Below, piece by piece: positions 17,555 to 26,259 of a stretch of DNA of 33,226 nucleotides. The notes beneath the pieces were generated by a model. The model saw only the letters and a list, made by a program, of their open reading frames with translations. It was not told the origin of the DNA and searched no databases. The translations under genes were made by a program, and so were the position numbers. Source of the stretch: a virus (Duplodnaviria > Caudoviricetes); IMG/VR virus record IMGVR_UViG_3300043184_000210, positions 1 through 33,226 of that record, one strand, 5' to 3'. Positions within the stretch are counted from its first letter, which is position 1. Each line of letters starts with the position of its first letter.

Positions 17555-18832
17555 TCAGCCGGCGATCGGGCGGGTGACGTGCATCACGGCCTGCGCCGTG
17601 CTGATGCGGCGGCCCTGTTCGAGCTGCTCACGCTGGTAGGTCTGTGCGGCCTGCGCGACCGCGACCGTGTCGCCGGTGTCCAGCGTCGGAGCCGGATCGC
17701 TGCCCGAGCCCTCGCCCGCACCACCCAGCTTGATCGGCTTGCGCTTGGCCACATACGCGGCGAACCACTGCGCGGGCGTCTGCTTGACTTGGCTCTTGTC
17801 GACGGCCGAGAACGTGAACTCGGCCGCGCTGCCGCCTTCGAGCGCCGCCATGAACTCGGCCAGGCCGGGCTCTTCGGCGGGCAGCAGCAAGCCTGCCGCC
17901 TTCCAGGTGGCGATCTGCACCCCGATGCGCTCGCTCTGGCGCTCGGCGCGCAGCTCGGCCAGCTCGCGGCCCTGGGCGGCGAACTGGCCCTCGGTCTGCT
18001 GGCGCGCCTCTTCGCGCGCCCGGTCGAGGTCGGCCTGGGTGAAGGTGACGGTCGTGGCTCCGGGCATGGTCGATTCCTGCTGCTGCGGGTTGGCGCCGGG
18101 CACGGCGCCCCGGCTGAAGGGCATCGCAGGCGTTGCCGGCTGCGTGCCGCTGGTGATGAGGCGCTGCGCCGAGGACTCGATGGCGCCGATGGTCCAGTCC
18201 GAGACGGCGCGGTCCGCCACCTCCAAGCCCTGGTCCGAGATGAGCCAGTCGCGAATGCCGCGCAGGGCCCGTGCCACGTCCTGCATCACCCAGCCCACGT
18301 CGGCCGCATCGGCCGGCGCGGCGAAGGTCAGCACCTCGGCGCCCTCGGGCACCGCGGCGCGGTAGTTCAGCGGCTTGAGCACCAGCGCCGGCGGCTTGGC
18401 GCCGAGCCAGCCCACGTGCTGGATCACCCAGCCGCGCACGGGGTCCTTAAAGAGGCTCAGCGAGCGCTCGCGGTAGCCGCCGGCGTCAACGACCTTGCGG
18501 AACTCGGGGTCCACGTCGCTGGCCTTCACCAGTAGCGCGTCGCCTTCGACCTTCACCTCGCCCGGCTTGCTCCAGGCCCAGGCGCGGTCTTCGTCCTGGG
18601 GATGGCCGATGACGTGCGGCACGCCTGCGCCGGCCACGTTGGCAGCCATCTGCGCCAGGTCTTCAGCGGTGAAGGACGGCGGAGTGCGGCCCTTGCTGTC
18701 CGTGTGCTCGCCGACCGTGAAGACCTCGATCCAGTCGTCCAGTCCCTTGAAGGCAAGCCGGGCCGCCGCAGCCAGCGGCGACCGCGCGGCATCAGGGGCG
18801 GCGGGAGCGGGCTGGGGCTTGCGTTGCGGCAT
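17555..18832 (-). CDS. Prohead protease/scaffold, Mu gpI-like, 425 aa; probable nested scaffold start at 18067
   Basis: WIEVFTVGEHTDSKG, VIGHP, GGYRERSLS, QHVGWLGAKPPAL; coiled-coil C-terminus; internal in-frame ATG 18067 preceded by CAGGAA. Confidence 0.88.
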   Translation of the reverse strand: MPQRKPQPAPAAPDAARSPLAAAARLAFKGLDDWIEVFTVGEHTDSKGRTPPSFTAEDLAQMAANVAGAGVPHVIGHPQDEDRAWAWSKPGEVKVEGDALLVKASDVDPEFRKVVDAGGYRERSLSLFKDPVRGWVIQHVGWLGAKPPALVLKPLNYRAAVPEGAEVLTFAAPADAADVGWVMQDVARALRGIRDWLISDQGLEVADRAVSDWTIGAIESSAQRLITSGTQPATPAMPFSRGAVPGANPQQQESTMPGATTVTFTQADLDRAREEARQQTEGQFAAQGRELAELRAERQSERIGVQIATWKAAGLLLPAEEPGLAEFMAALEGGSAAEFTFSAVDKSQVKQTPAQWFAAYVAKRKPIKLGGAGEGSGSDPAPTLDTGDTVAVAQAAQTYQREQLEQGRRISTAQAVMHVTRPIAG

Positions 18833-18840
18833 GGGCCGGG

Positions 18841-18885
18841 ACTGTGCCCAGCGGCCCACCTTGCGTCCTTGTGAAACGTTTCACA
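18841..18885 (-). promoter_or_regulatory. Putative Mor/C-activated late promoter for the head operon
   Basis: Perfect palindrome TGTGAAACGTTTCACA (18870-18885) plus AGGACGC, then 16 nt, then the -10-like CACAGT (18846-18841); ATG 8 nt later. Confidence 0.72.
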
Positions 18886-18998
18886 GCCGCGGTGCCCGCC
18901 AAACCGAACCGGCCGAGCCCGCCAAAGGCCGCTGGCTGCGTTTTCCGGCCCGGCTGGGGTGCTGGCACCTCCGCGGCCGGATCGCGGCGATTAAACGC

Positions 18999-19565
18999 CT
19001 ATCGAACGGTCCCAGGCCCTATCTCGCCAGCCGAGGCGCCGGCGGTCGCCGGTTCGGGGTCGAAAAGGTCGAGCTGGGCGGCGGCGATCGCGGCATCCGC
19101 GGCAGCTGCGGCGGCGGCTTCGGGCGGGAGCTGGCCGCGCTCGCGCGCTGCGTTGCAGATGTTGATGACCTGGCGCATGGAGTATCCCGTTGCCCGCGCC
19201 GTCTGCGCCAGCGTGCTGCCGGGCTGAAAGCGCGTCTCCACCACCAGGCGGTGGCGCACCTGCTGCACGAGCTTGTCGTCCTTCGGGAGCTGCAGCGTCT
19301 CGGCCGGGAACGCGTCCACGAGGGCGCGCATCGCCGACTCGCCGAGCAGTCCTGCAAGGGCACGTGCGCCAGGCTGGCCGGGATCCTTGGGCACGCAGAG
19401 GTAGGTGCCGCCCCGCTCCTGCACCAGGCGGAAGGCAGCAGCCGGCCCGATGGCGCGGGCGATCAGGCGCAGCGTCGGCGGCAGCCGGTCGAGCGCGATC
19501 TCGGCTACCGCAATGGGCTCCGGCGGGGACGCTGTACCGACGGTGCTGGCCACGATGCCGCTCAA
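18999..19565 (-). CDS. Mor/C family transcription activator
   Basis: LPPTLRLIARAIGPAAAFRLVQERGGTYLCVPK and C-terminal HTH TLAQTARATGYSMRQVINI; start codon uncertain. Confidence 0.88.
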   Translation of the reverse strand: MSGIVASTVGTASPPEPIAVAEIALDRLPPTLRLIARAIGPAAAFRLVQERGGTYLCVPKDPGQPGARALAGLLGESAMRALVDAFPAETLQLPKDDKLVQQVRHRLVVETRFQPGSTLAQTARATGYSMRQVINICNAARERGQLPPEAAAAAAADAAIAAAQLDLFDPEPATAGASAGEIGPGTVR

Positions 19566-19583
19566 GCCTTGGCTCGGTGCCCG

Positions 19584-20141
19584 TCAGCCGGCGCGCGTGG
19601 GCAGGCCCAGGCGGCCGAGCCAGCGCTTCAACTGCTCGACCAGCTCGTTCATCTGCTCGCTGCTGGCGAAGCGCAGCGCGCCCAGCGCGGGCTGCGGCGA
19701 CGCTGCGTTCAGTCGGGCCTTGGCCCAGGCCTCGATGGCCGCATTGCAATCCTGCGTCGTCGCCGGCGTCTCCACGTGGCCCGCCTCGGCCAGCACGTAC
19801 CACATGGCGCGCAGCTTGCGCATCTGCGGCGCACGCGCCCAGCCGTCCTCGGCGGCCCGCGCGCTGCCCGGCTTCGGCTTGACCACGAAGCCACTCGCCC
19901 GGTAATGCGCCAGCACCTTCTTGCGCTCGTAGGCCGTCAGCTCCTTGCTGCTCTCCTTGCCGGCGCACAGGCGCCGCAGCAGCGCGCGGTAGGTGTCGTC
20001 GTCGAGCTGGAGCTGTCGCCGGCCGATCTGGATCAGCTTGATCTCCAGCGCGCGCTCGGCGGCGGCGAAGCGCGCCCCTCGGCTCTCACGGCTCGGCGGC
20101 TGCGCTTGCACCTTGGGGCGTGCCACCGTGGCGCTGGTCAT
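19584..20141 (-). CDS. gemA: GemA / Mu gp16 (DUF1018) regulatory protein, 185 aa
   Basis: IKLIQIGRRQLQLDDDTYRALL...GKESSKELT, PQMRKLRAMW, LVEQLKRW; ATG 20141 in ATGA overlap. Confidence 0.9.
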   Translation of the reverse strand: MTSATVARPKVQAQPPSRESRGARFAAAERALEIKLIQIGRRQLQLDDDTYRALLRRLCAGKESSKELTAYERKKVLAHYRASGFVVKPKPGSARAAEDGWARAPQMRKLRAMWYVLAEAGHVETPATTQDCNAAIEAWAKARLNAASPQPALGALRFASSEQMNELVEQLKRWLGRLGLPTRAG

Positions 20142-20476
20142 GCAGCACCTCGTGCGCAAGCGGACGCATTGACCTGCTGAATGCCCACCACGACCCGGCG
20201 CATGCGCTCGACCAGCTCGTCGATCATGGCTTCGCTGTCATCCGACGCCTCAGTGTCGAGCAGACCCGTGTCGAGCACGTCCATGGCTTCTTGCACGAGC
20301 CCGAACAACACGCCCCGCTCGCCCAGCACCGCCACGTGCGCCTCTTTGGTGTTCGTCGCGGCCGTGCGAATGGCCTGCAGCACCCACTCCGGCGGTTGCA
20401 ACTCGGCCGCCTCGTGCCGCGGCATGTGGCCCTGAGCGCAGAACCGCGCAAGGGCCAGCGCTTGGTCGTTGGTCAT
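20138..20476 (-). CDS. Hypothetical phage protein, 112 aa
   Basis: ATG 20476 with GGGAG RBS; coupled to both neighbours. Confidence 0.65.
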   Translation of the reverse strand: MTNDQALALARFCAQGHMPRHEAAELQPPEWVLQAIRTAATNTKEAHVAVLGERGVLFGLVQEAMDVLDTGLLDTEASDDSEAMIDELVERMRRVVVGIQQVNASACARGAA

Positions 20477-20694
20477 GTCGTGCTCCCTTGATCCTTGGCG
20501 ATCGCGTAGCCCTCCAGCACCCATCCGTAGCCGAGTGGCGCGTGTCGCTGGACCAGCTCGCGAAAGGCCTTCGAGCCCAGTTCTGCCTCCGGCAGCTCGA
20601 CGTGAATGCTCGTGACGTTCTGCCACTCGCGCTTCTTGCGCCGGGCCCCGGGCACAGGGCGCGAGAAGCCCGCGTTGACGATGGTGTGAGCCAT
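20473..20694 (-). CDS. Hypothetical phage protein, 73 aa
   Basis: Tiles the early operon; stop overlaps the next ATG. Confidence 0.6.
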   Translation of the reverse strand: MAHTIVNAGFSRPVPGARRKKREWQNVTSIHVELPEAELGSKAFRELVQRHAPLGYGWVLEGYAIAKDQGSTT

Positions 20695-20697
20695 GGC

Positions 20698-20907
20698 TCA
20701 GTCCAGCCGGCTGAGCGAGCGGATGACCATGGTGTCCGGGCTCACCTTCTTGGGGAGCAGCATTTCAGCGATGCCCTGCTTGATCTGCTGAAGCACGTTC
20801 TTGTCGGTGCAGTGCCTCACCGTGATCAGGCAGTCACCCTCCAACTGCTCGCCGCGCAGGATGAACACGTAGCAGACGTGAAAGACGTTCGTGGTGCCGG
20901 GGGTCAT
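20698..20907 (-). CDS. Hypothetical phage protein, 69 aa
   Basis: ATG 20907 preceded by ACAGGAG. Confidence 0.6.
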   Translation of the reverse strand: MTPGTTNVFHVCYVFILRGEQLEGDCLITVRHCTDKNVLQQIKQGIAEMLLPKKVSPDTMVIRSLSRLD

Positions 20908-20966
20908 CGTCGTCGCTCCTGTGAAGGCTTGCTCAATCGCGCCTCGCATGCCGCTCGACGCCCTTG

Positions 20967-20996
20967 AAAAAGCCCCCGAGGCCGGGGCCCCGGGGC
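20967..20996 (-). terminator. Intrinsic terminator-like hairpin in the early operon
   Basis: Minus strand GCCCCGGGGC-CCCG-GCCTCGGGGGC-TTTTT. Confidence 0.5.
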
Positions 20997-21040
20997 AATC
21001 GCCGAACCCGCTTTGCGGTGCTCGACCAGGGAGACTCGGT

Positions 21041-21298
21041 TCAGCTCATGAGGCAGTGCCAGCCTTCGGCCATCAGCGCCACCCAGCCGGCCAGCGCGAC
21101 GGCCAGCCAGGCGCGGCCGGCGGTTCGCACCTGGCGCTCGGCCAGGCGGCGGTTCTGGCTGCGCAAGCCGTGCAGCTCCTGCAGCCGCGCCACTGCGGCA
21201 TGCAGCTCGGCCCGGCGCCACGCCATGCAGCGCACCGCGCGCCAGCTCGAGAACGCCACGACGGCGGCCATCAGCACGAGGCAGGGAATGGAGAACAT
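21041..21298 (-). CDS. Small hypothetical membrane protein, 85 aa
   Basis: Two hydrophobic segments; GGAGG upstream. Confidence 0.6.
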   Translation of the reverse strand: MFSIPCLVLMAAVVAFSSWRAVRCMAWRRAELHAAVARLQELHGLRSQNRRLAERQVRTAGRAWLAVALAGWVALMAEGWHCLMS

Positions 21299-21300
21299 GC

Positions 21301-21720
21301 TCAGCCCTCCTGCTTAGACATGCCGCCCTTGGCGGTACCTTCCAAAAGCTCAAGCCGGGCGACTACCTTTGTGACCGGATAGGCCACGGTCATCTCGCGG
21401 CGCAACGTGTGACTGAAGATCCTCAGCCGTTGTCCCGGCTTCGCGTTGTCGACCAGTACGCAGCCGGCCCAGAGATCGCTCTGGAACGGGTACGAGGCCG
21501 TAACGACGCCCTTTTCGTCCACGTCCCAGCGCAGGAAGTCCTGGCCGTGATCCTCGAAGTGAACTTCATGCGGAGGCGGCCGCTCCGGCAGCCTCAATGC
21601 GGCCTCGAACTCCTTGCGCCGGGCCATGTCGTCGAACAGCGCCTGCGCTGCCGCGCCGCGGGCGTGCACCGTCGTGCCGCGCTTGCTGCGGCTCACGGTG
21701 ATGGTGTTGGGCCGGCTCAT
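21301..21720 (-). CDS. Hypothetical phage protein, 139 aa
   Basis: ATG 21720 in ATGA overlap; FEDHGQDFLRWDVD...YPFQSDLWAG is a recurrent phage motif. Confidence 0.7.
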   Translation of the reverse strand: MSRPNTITVSRSKRGTTVHARGAAAQALFDDMARRKEFEAALRLPERPPPHEVHFEDHGQDFLRWDVDEKGVVTASYPFQSDLWAGCVLVDNAKPGQRLRIFSHTLRREMTVAYPVTKVVARLELLEGTAKGGMSKQEG

Positions 21721-22466
21721 GCTGCCGCCACGTCCAGGGGCAGCGGCACGTAGGCGCCGGTGGCGTCGTCGCGCTCGTAAAAGCGGATGTAGGCGACGCT
21801 GCTGATCGTCTGCACGCTGTCGGTCAGCGCCTTCATGGCCGCAAGCCACTCGGCGTCGTCGATCTCCACGGTCTTCAGGTCCAGCACCTTGCCCACGCTC
21901 ACCTTGCCGGCCTTGTCCACGCTGAAGGCCCGGTTGACGAGCGCCTTGATGTGGTCGTTGCTGCCCTTGCTCCATCGCCGGATGCAGGCGTCGATGCCGG
22001 CCTTGGCCACCTGCAGCCGCTCGTCGAAGGTGATGCGGTCGGCGATCTGTCGCTCGACCTTGAAGCGGCCGTCGTAGCTCATGAGGGTGACGTTGCCCTT
22101 GCCGGCCGCGCCACGCAGCGTGACGCCGTACCGCGCAGCGCTCAGCTCGGTGAACTGCTGGATCTCCGAAAGCGCCAACGACTTGAAGCGCGAGATCTCG
22201 CCACTGACGGACCGCGCCGCAGCCACCAGGTCGCGCACGACCTGGTCGCGCGCCTTGTCCAGTTCGCTCACCTTGCTCGCAGGCATCAGGCTGCCGTCGG
22301 GCCTCTGCCAGTAACCCGGGGGCACGTCGTCGGCGCGCGCTTGCCGCGCGGTGGCACTGCTGGTGGCGGTGGCCGCACTCGGCGCTGCCGCGGGCGCTTC
22401 CTGCGGTGTCTTCGGGTCGGCCTTGTTCGGGTCGGCATTGGCGGCTTTCGGCTTGCTCATGGGCAT
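21717..22466 (-). CDS. DUF3164 family protein of transposable phages
   Basis: GYWQRPDGSLMP, GKGNVTLMSYDG, ITFDERLQVAKAGIDAC, YIRFYER. Confidence 0.88.
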   Translation of the reverse strand: MPMSKPKAANADPNKADPKTPQEAPAAAPSAATATSSATARQARADDVPPGYWQRPDGSLMPASKVSELDKARDQVVRDLVAAARSVSGEISRFKSLALSEIQQFTELSAARYGVTLRGAAGKGNVTLMSYDGRFKVERQIADRITFDERLQVAKAGIDACIRRWSKGSNDHIKALVNRAFSVDKAGKVSVGKVLDLKTVEIDDAEWLAAMKALTDSVQTISSVAYIRFYERDDATGAYVPLPLDVAAA

Positions 22467-22493
22467 TCCTCTGTCGTGGTGTGGGTGAATGAG

Positions 22494-22757
22494 TCAATCG
22501 TTGGCGGTGACAGCCGCCCCTGCGGCAAAGCAGTGGGGCAGCTCGGCGCCGAGCTGTTCGGACGCGACGACGCGCGCCTCGACGCGATCCAGATCGCCGA
22601 AGCGGTCCATCGCGGAGTCCATCGCGTCGAAGGTGCTGGCGTAGTGGGCGTAGAACGTGCCGAGCTGACCGCTGACGCGCTTCACGTCCACGCGCATCAG
22701 CAGGCGCTGCGGCTTGCTGGCCGGCTCGTGGATCCAGGCGGTGTTGCTCGGGCCCAT
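22494..22757 (-). CDS. Hypothetical phage protein, 87 aa
   Basis: ATG 22757 overlaps the ATPase stop (TGATG). Confidence 0.62.
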   Translation of the reverse strand: MGPSNTAWIHEPASKPQRLLMRVDVKRVSGQLGTFYAHYASTFDAMDSAMDRFGDLDRVEARVVASEQLGAELPHCFAAGAAVTAND

Positions 22758-23791
22758 CAGGCACCCCCCTGGGCCAAGCGCGGCTCCATGAACAGCACCG
22801 TCTTGGCGATGCTGTGCACGAGCTTGGCCGTGAGGGCTCCGCGCCCGTAGCCGTAGTCGCGCAGCGCTGGCACCAGGCTCTCGGTCAGCACGCGGGCTGA
22901 GCCGTCGCTGTAAGCCCAGAGCGCATCCAGCACCTCGTCGGCCAGCTCGCCCGGAGCATCGGCCAGGGCCATGCGCGCCATATCGTCCATGTCGTCGCGG
23001 CTGATGCCCTGGATCGTCTGCGGCCACATGCTCACGCGGCTGCGGATCTGCTCGAACTGGCCGTGCAGCGGCTTGATGAGCTTGTGCAGTTCGCTCGTGC
23101 CACAGAACACCACGCCGACCTGTGCCTTGTCGCGGATGCGGCGCAGGTAGTGAAGGCTCGTGGCCAACATCGTTTCGGCCTCGTCGGCCAGGATGAGGTA
23201 GTTGGTACCCTTCAGCGCCTTGATGCTGGCCTGCAACTTCTTGTCCAGCCCGCCGGGCACGGGCACGTGCAGTTGATCCAGCAGCTCGGTCAGCAGCGTG
23301 CCCGGCGTCATCTGCGGGTTGGCCTCGATCAGCACCGTCTGCGGCTTGCGCACGGCGTACTCCACGAGCGTGCGCGTCTTGCCCACGCCCACATTGCCCA
23401 CGAGCACACCGAAGTTGCGGTGCTTGCGCGTGCGATCGCACACCACGAAGACGAGCTTGTGGACGCTGCCTTCCACGTAGCCGGGCGTGCCGTCGTTCTG
23501 GCGGTCGTTCTCCACCTGGATGACGGCCATCATTTGCTGCAGCAGCGCGGCGGGCGGGCTCGGGTACTTGAGCTTGAGCACCGAGCTGACGGTGCCGTTG
23601 CTCAGCCGCGTGGTGCGCGCCAGCCAGGCCTTGCTCACCTTGTTGGCGGCGAGCCAGTCTTCGATGGCCTGCACCTGCTGCAGGTCCGCCGCGGTGTAGC
23701 CGGCCGGCAGCTTGGCGCTGCCGCCAATCAGCGGCAGGCCCTGCTGTGCGCTCGCCTCGGCAGAGGCGCGGTTGCTGCTGTCCAGACTCAT
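22757..23791 (-). CDS. MuB-like AAA+ transposition ATPase, 344 aa
   Basis: N-terminal HTH, Walker A GNVGVGKT, Walker B LILADEAE, QIRSRV arginine finger; ATG 23791 overlaps the transposase stop. Confidence 0.95.
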   Translation of the reverse strand: MSLDSSNRASAEASAQQGLPLIGGSAKLPAGYTAADLQQVQAIEDWLAANKVSKAWLARTTRLSNGTVSSVLKLKYPSPPAALLQQMMAVIQVENDRQNDGTPGYVEGSVHKLVFVVCDRTRKHRNFGVLVGNVGVGKTRTLVEYAVRKPQTVLIEANPQMTPGTLLTELLDQLHVPVPGGLDKKLQASIKALKGTNYLILADEAETMLATSLHYLRRIRDKAQVGVVFCGTSELHKLIKPLHGQFEQIRSRVSMWPQTIQGISRDDMDDMARMALADAPGELADEVLDALWAYSDGSARVLTESLVPALRDYGYGRGALTAKLVHSIAKTVLFMEPRLAQGGA

Positions 23792-25494
23792 TGGTCGTTC
23801 CTCCATCGCAGGATGTCGATGTCGATCACCTCCGCGCCGGGATCGGCGGGGGCTGGGGGTTCGGTGCTGGCGGCGGCCGGCGCCGCAGCAGGGTCGGCGG
23901 ACTCCACGGCCGAGGGCGTCAGCGCCTCGATCGCGGCCACCTGGTCGGCGGCCGTGATGGCGTCCTCGCGGCGGCCCTTGGCCTCGCTGACCTTGCGCTC
24001 CAGGCGCTTGAGCTGGCCTTGCAGTCGGCGGTCGCGGTGCTCTTCGAGGCGGCTGGTCGGCAGCACGCCGATCACGTTCACGAGCTTGGCCTCGCAGACG
24101 AAGCGGCCCTTGGCGTCGAAGACCCACACCTTGCCGTCGGCATGCAGGTCGTACTCCACCGTGACGCGCATCGCGTCGTACAGCGCCAGCGCCTCGTGGA
24201 AGTAGAAGCGGTTGTGCAGCCGCACCGTCTGGCGCTGCACCGTGGCCTGCTGGCTGGGCCGCAGCACCGCGCTGGTCTCCAGCCCCACCGGCACCGGCGT
24301 CAGCTCGGCCCAGCATTGCGCCGGTGTGCGCCCGCCCAGCACGTCCATCGGCTCATCCATCAGCGCGCTGATGAAGGCCGCGAAGCTCTGCACGTATTCC
24401 TGGAACGAGGGCAGCTTGCGCCGGCCCATGGCCAGCTCGGCGCTAAGCCGACGGTTGACCTCTTCGGCCATGTCGTCGCCGCAGTAGACCTGACCGTCGG
24501 CGAAGAACTTGTCGTGCCGGTCGCGGCAGGTGCGGAAGAAGCGCTCGATCCAGCCCTTGCCGTGCGGGTTGCCCGGCAGGGCACCGATGGTCTCGATCTC
24601 GAAGCGCTTGTACCAGCCGGTGTTCTCGTCGCTCAGGAGCTGGCTGCGGTAGCCGGCGCCGCGGTCGATGTACAGCCAGCCCGGCACGTGGTCGTGCCGC
24701 GTCATGGCCGCGCTCAACGCGAAGAGGGTGCTGTGGGCACTCTCGGCCTCGGTGAACCACCAGCCGGGCACATAGCGGCTCTTGATGTCGATGAAGCAGG
24801 TCAGCTCCGGCCGCCAGGGCTTGCCCGTGTTCGGGTGCGCGAGGTAGCAGTCCACCGTGTGGCCGTCGCCCGCGTAGATCTCGCCCACGAGCAGGTCATC
24901 GACGTGGCGGCGCTGGAACTTCTGCCGCGTGAGGCGGTGCAGGTGCGGCCCCACCCGCGCCGGGCTGTGCTCGCCCAGCGTGGCCGGCAGCGCCTTCAGG
25001 TAGCGCTTGACACGGCTTTCGGTGGCGCTGGGGTGGCCCTCGCTGCGCAGGCGGAAGGCGCAGTCCGCGAAGCCGGGCTTGCTCGGCGTGTTGTACAGCT
25101 CGACCGCACGCTGCTCCCAGCCGTAGGCCTTGCGCACACGGCCTGTGTGGCGCGGCAGCAGGCCGACAATGCCGTAGAGCCGATACGCCGGGATCCAGCG
25201 TTTGAGCGTAGCCAGGCTCGGCGCCTCGGCGGCGTCGGCGGCCAGGGTGCGCATGTGGTGCGCAGTGGCCGCATCGAGCACCCCGCTGGCGTGCTGCGCG
25301 AGGAAGAGCCGCGCCGTGTTCGTGATGCTGGCGCCGCCATCCACGAGCGCGGCCAGCGGCGCCACCACGCTCTGGCGGACCTCGGCCGAGCGCCGCTGCG
25401 TCTGCGTGGCGGCGGCCCAGGGGTCGGCGCCCAGCGCCGCGGGCAGGTCTCTCACGTGGCGGATGTCGCGGGTGAGCTTGAGCAGTGCTCCCAT
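23788..25494 (-). CDS. DDE transposase A (B3/BcepMu-type), 568 aa
   Basis: YAGDGHT, YIDRGAGY and KGWIERFF catalytic motifs; Mu-transposase C-terminal VTVEYDLHADGKVWV; ATG 25494 with GGGAG. Confidence 0.95.
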   Translation of the reverse strand: MGALLKLTRDIRHVRDLPAALGADPWAAATQTQRRSAEVRQSVVAPLAALVDGGASITNTARLFLAQHASGVLDAATAHHMRTLAADAAEAPSLATLKRWIPAYRLYGIVGLLPRHTGRVRKAYGWEQRAVELYNTPSKPGFADCAFRLRSEGHPSATESRVKRYLKALPATLGEHSPARVGPHLHRLTRQKFQRRHVDDLLVGEIYAGDGHTVDCYLAHPNTGKPWRPELTCFIDIKSRYVPGWWFTEAESAHSTLFALSAAMTRHDHVPGWLYIDRGAGYRSQLLSDENTGWYKRFEIETIGALPGNPHGKGWIERFFRTCRDRHDKFFADGQVYCGDDMAEEVNRRLSAELAMGRRKLPSFQEYVQSFAAFISALMDEPMDVLGGRTPAQCWAELTPVPVGLETSAVLRPSQQATVQRQTVRLHNRFYFHEALALYDAMRVTVEYDLHADGKVWVFDAKGRFVCEAKLVNVIGVLPTSRLEEHRDRRLQGQLKRLERKVSEAKGRREDAITAADQVAAIEALTPSAVESADPAAAPAAASTEPPAPADPGAEVIDIDILRWRNDQ

Positions 25495-25498
25495 CGCA

Positions 25499-25873
25499 TC
25501 ACGCTCCCGCGATGCCCGCCGCCGTGCGCAGCCGCACCGTGACGCCCGGGCGCGCCGCCTGGCGCTTGAGCAGGGCCGCGTGCTGCGCCTGCGCCTGCTC
25601 GCGCCACAGGTGGTGCCCGCAGTCCACCCCGGCGAAGAAGGCGTCGGCCTCAGCCGTGCCCACCGCATGCGGGATGACGATGCGGCGCCCCAGCGCGCGG
25701 TAGCGCAGCACGGCGCGCACCCCATCGCGGTACGGAGCGCTGCGGGGCGTGCGGCTCGGCGGGAAGGCTGCCGCGATGACTTGCTCGACGAGCTGCTCGA
25801 CCTCGGCGAGCTGCTGGCGGCAGTAGGTGGCAGCGGCGGCAAAGCCTTCGCTGCCGGCCTGGGTGTGGCTCAT
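25499..25873 (-). CDS. Hypothetical phage protein, 124 aa
   Basis: ATG 25873 in ATGA overlap; RTPRSAPYRDGVRAVL...GTAEADAFFAG is a recurrent phage motif. Confidence 0.7.
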   Translation of the reverse strand: MSHTQAGSEGFAAAATYCRQQLAEVEQLVEQVIAAAFPPSRTPRSAPYRDGVRAVLRYRALGRRIVIPHAVGTAEADAFFAGVDCGHHLWREQAQAQHAALLKRQAARPGVTVRLRTAAGIAGA

Positions 25874-26259
25874 GCGTTGTCCCCTTGTGTGGATGCGGCC
25901 GGCGAGCCGGCGGTCGCGTGCGGTGCGGCGTCGCACACCGCGGCCAGGCCACGGATGCGAGCCAGCGCGCCGTCCACGCGCTCGGTGATGCGCTGCGCGC
26001 TGAACTCGTCGCCCACCTGCCGGCAGGCGGCGCCCAGCGCGCGCTGGTCGTTCAAGCGGCTCACGAGGGCGTGCAGCCGGCGCTTGGCGCGCTGCGGCCC
26101 CACCACCCGCTCGGCGGCCGTGGGCCCCTTCACGTCGGCCTTGCAGCTCTCGGTCACGGCCTCGGCCGCTGCGAGCAGCATGTCGGCGGCTTCGTCGACC
26201 ATGCGGCGCAGCACCGCGGTGCTGATCGCGCGGTCGGTGGCCAGAACTTCCGGCGTCAT
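25870..26259 (-). CDS. Hypothetical phage protein, 129 aa
   Basis: ATG 26259 in ATGA overlap. Confidence 0.6.
   Translation of the reverse strand: MTPEVLATDRAISTAVLRRMVDEAADMLLAAAEAVTESCKADVKGPTAAERVVGPQRAKRRLHALVSRLNDQRALGAACRQVGDEFSAQRITERVDGALARIRGLAAVCDAAPHATAGSPAASTQGDNA

Noticed and set aside
18495-20180. Long plus-strand ORFs (also 3620-5020, 7596-8927, 23746-25542, 32115-33179)
   Set aside because: Antisense shadows of real genes in high-GC DNA, with no recognisable motifs.
21001-21045. GCCGAAC...GTTCAGC as a fourth attC site
   Set aside because: Only 45 bp, with no L boxes or extended stem.
22757-25494. Transposase plus ATPase as a Tn7-like or CRISPR-associated transposon
   Set aside because: No TniQ, Cas genes or CRISPR array; the context is a Mu-like early operon.
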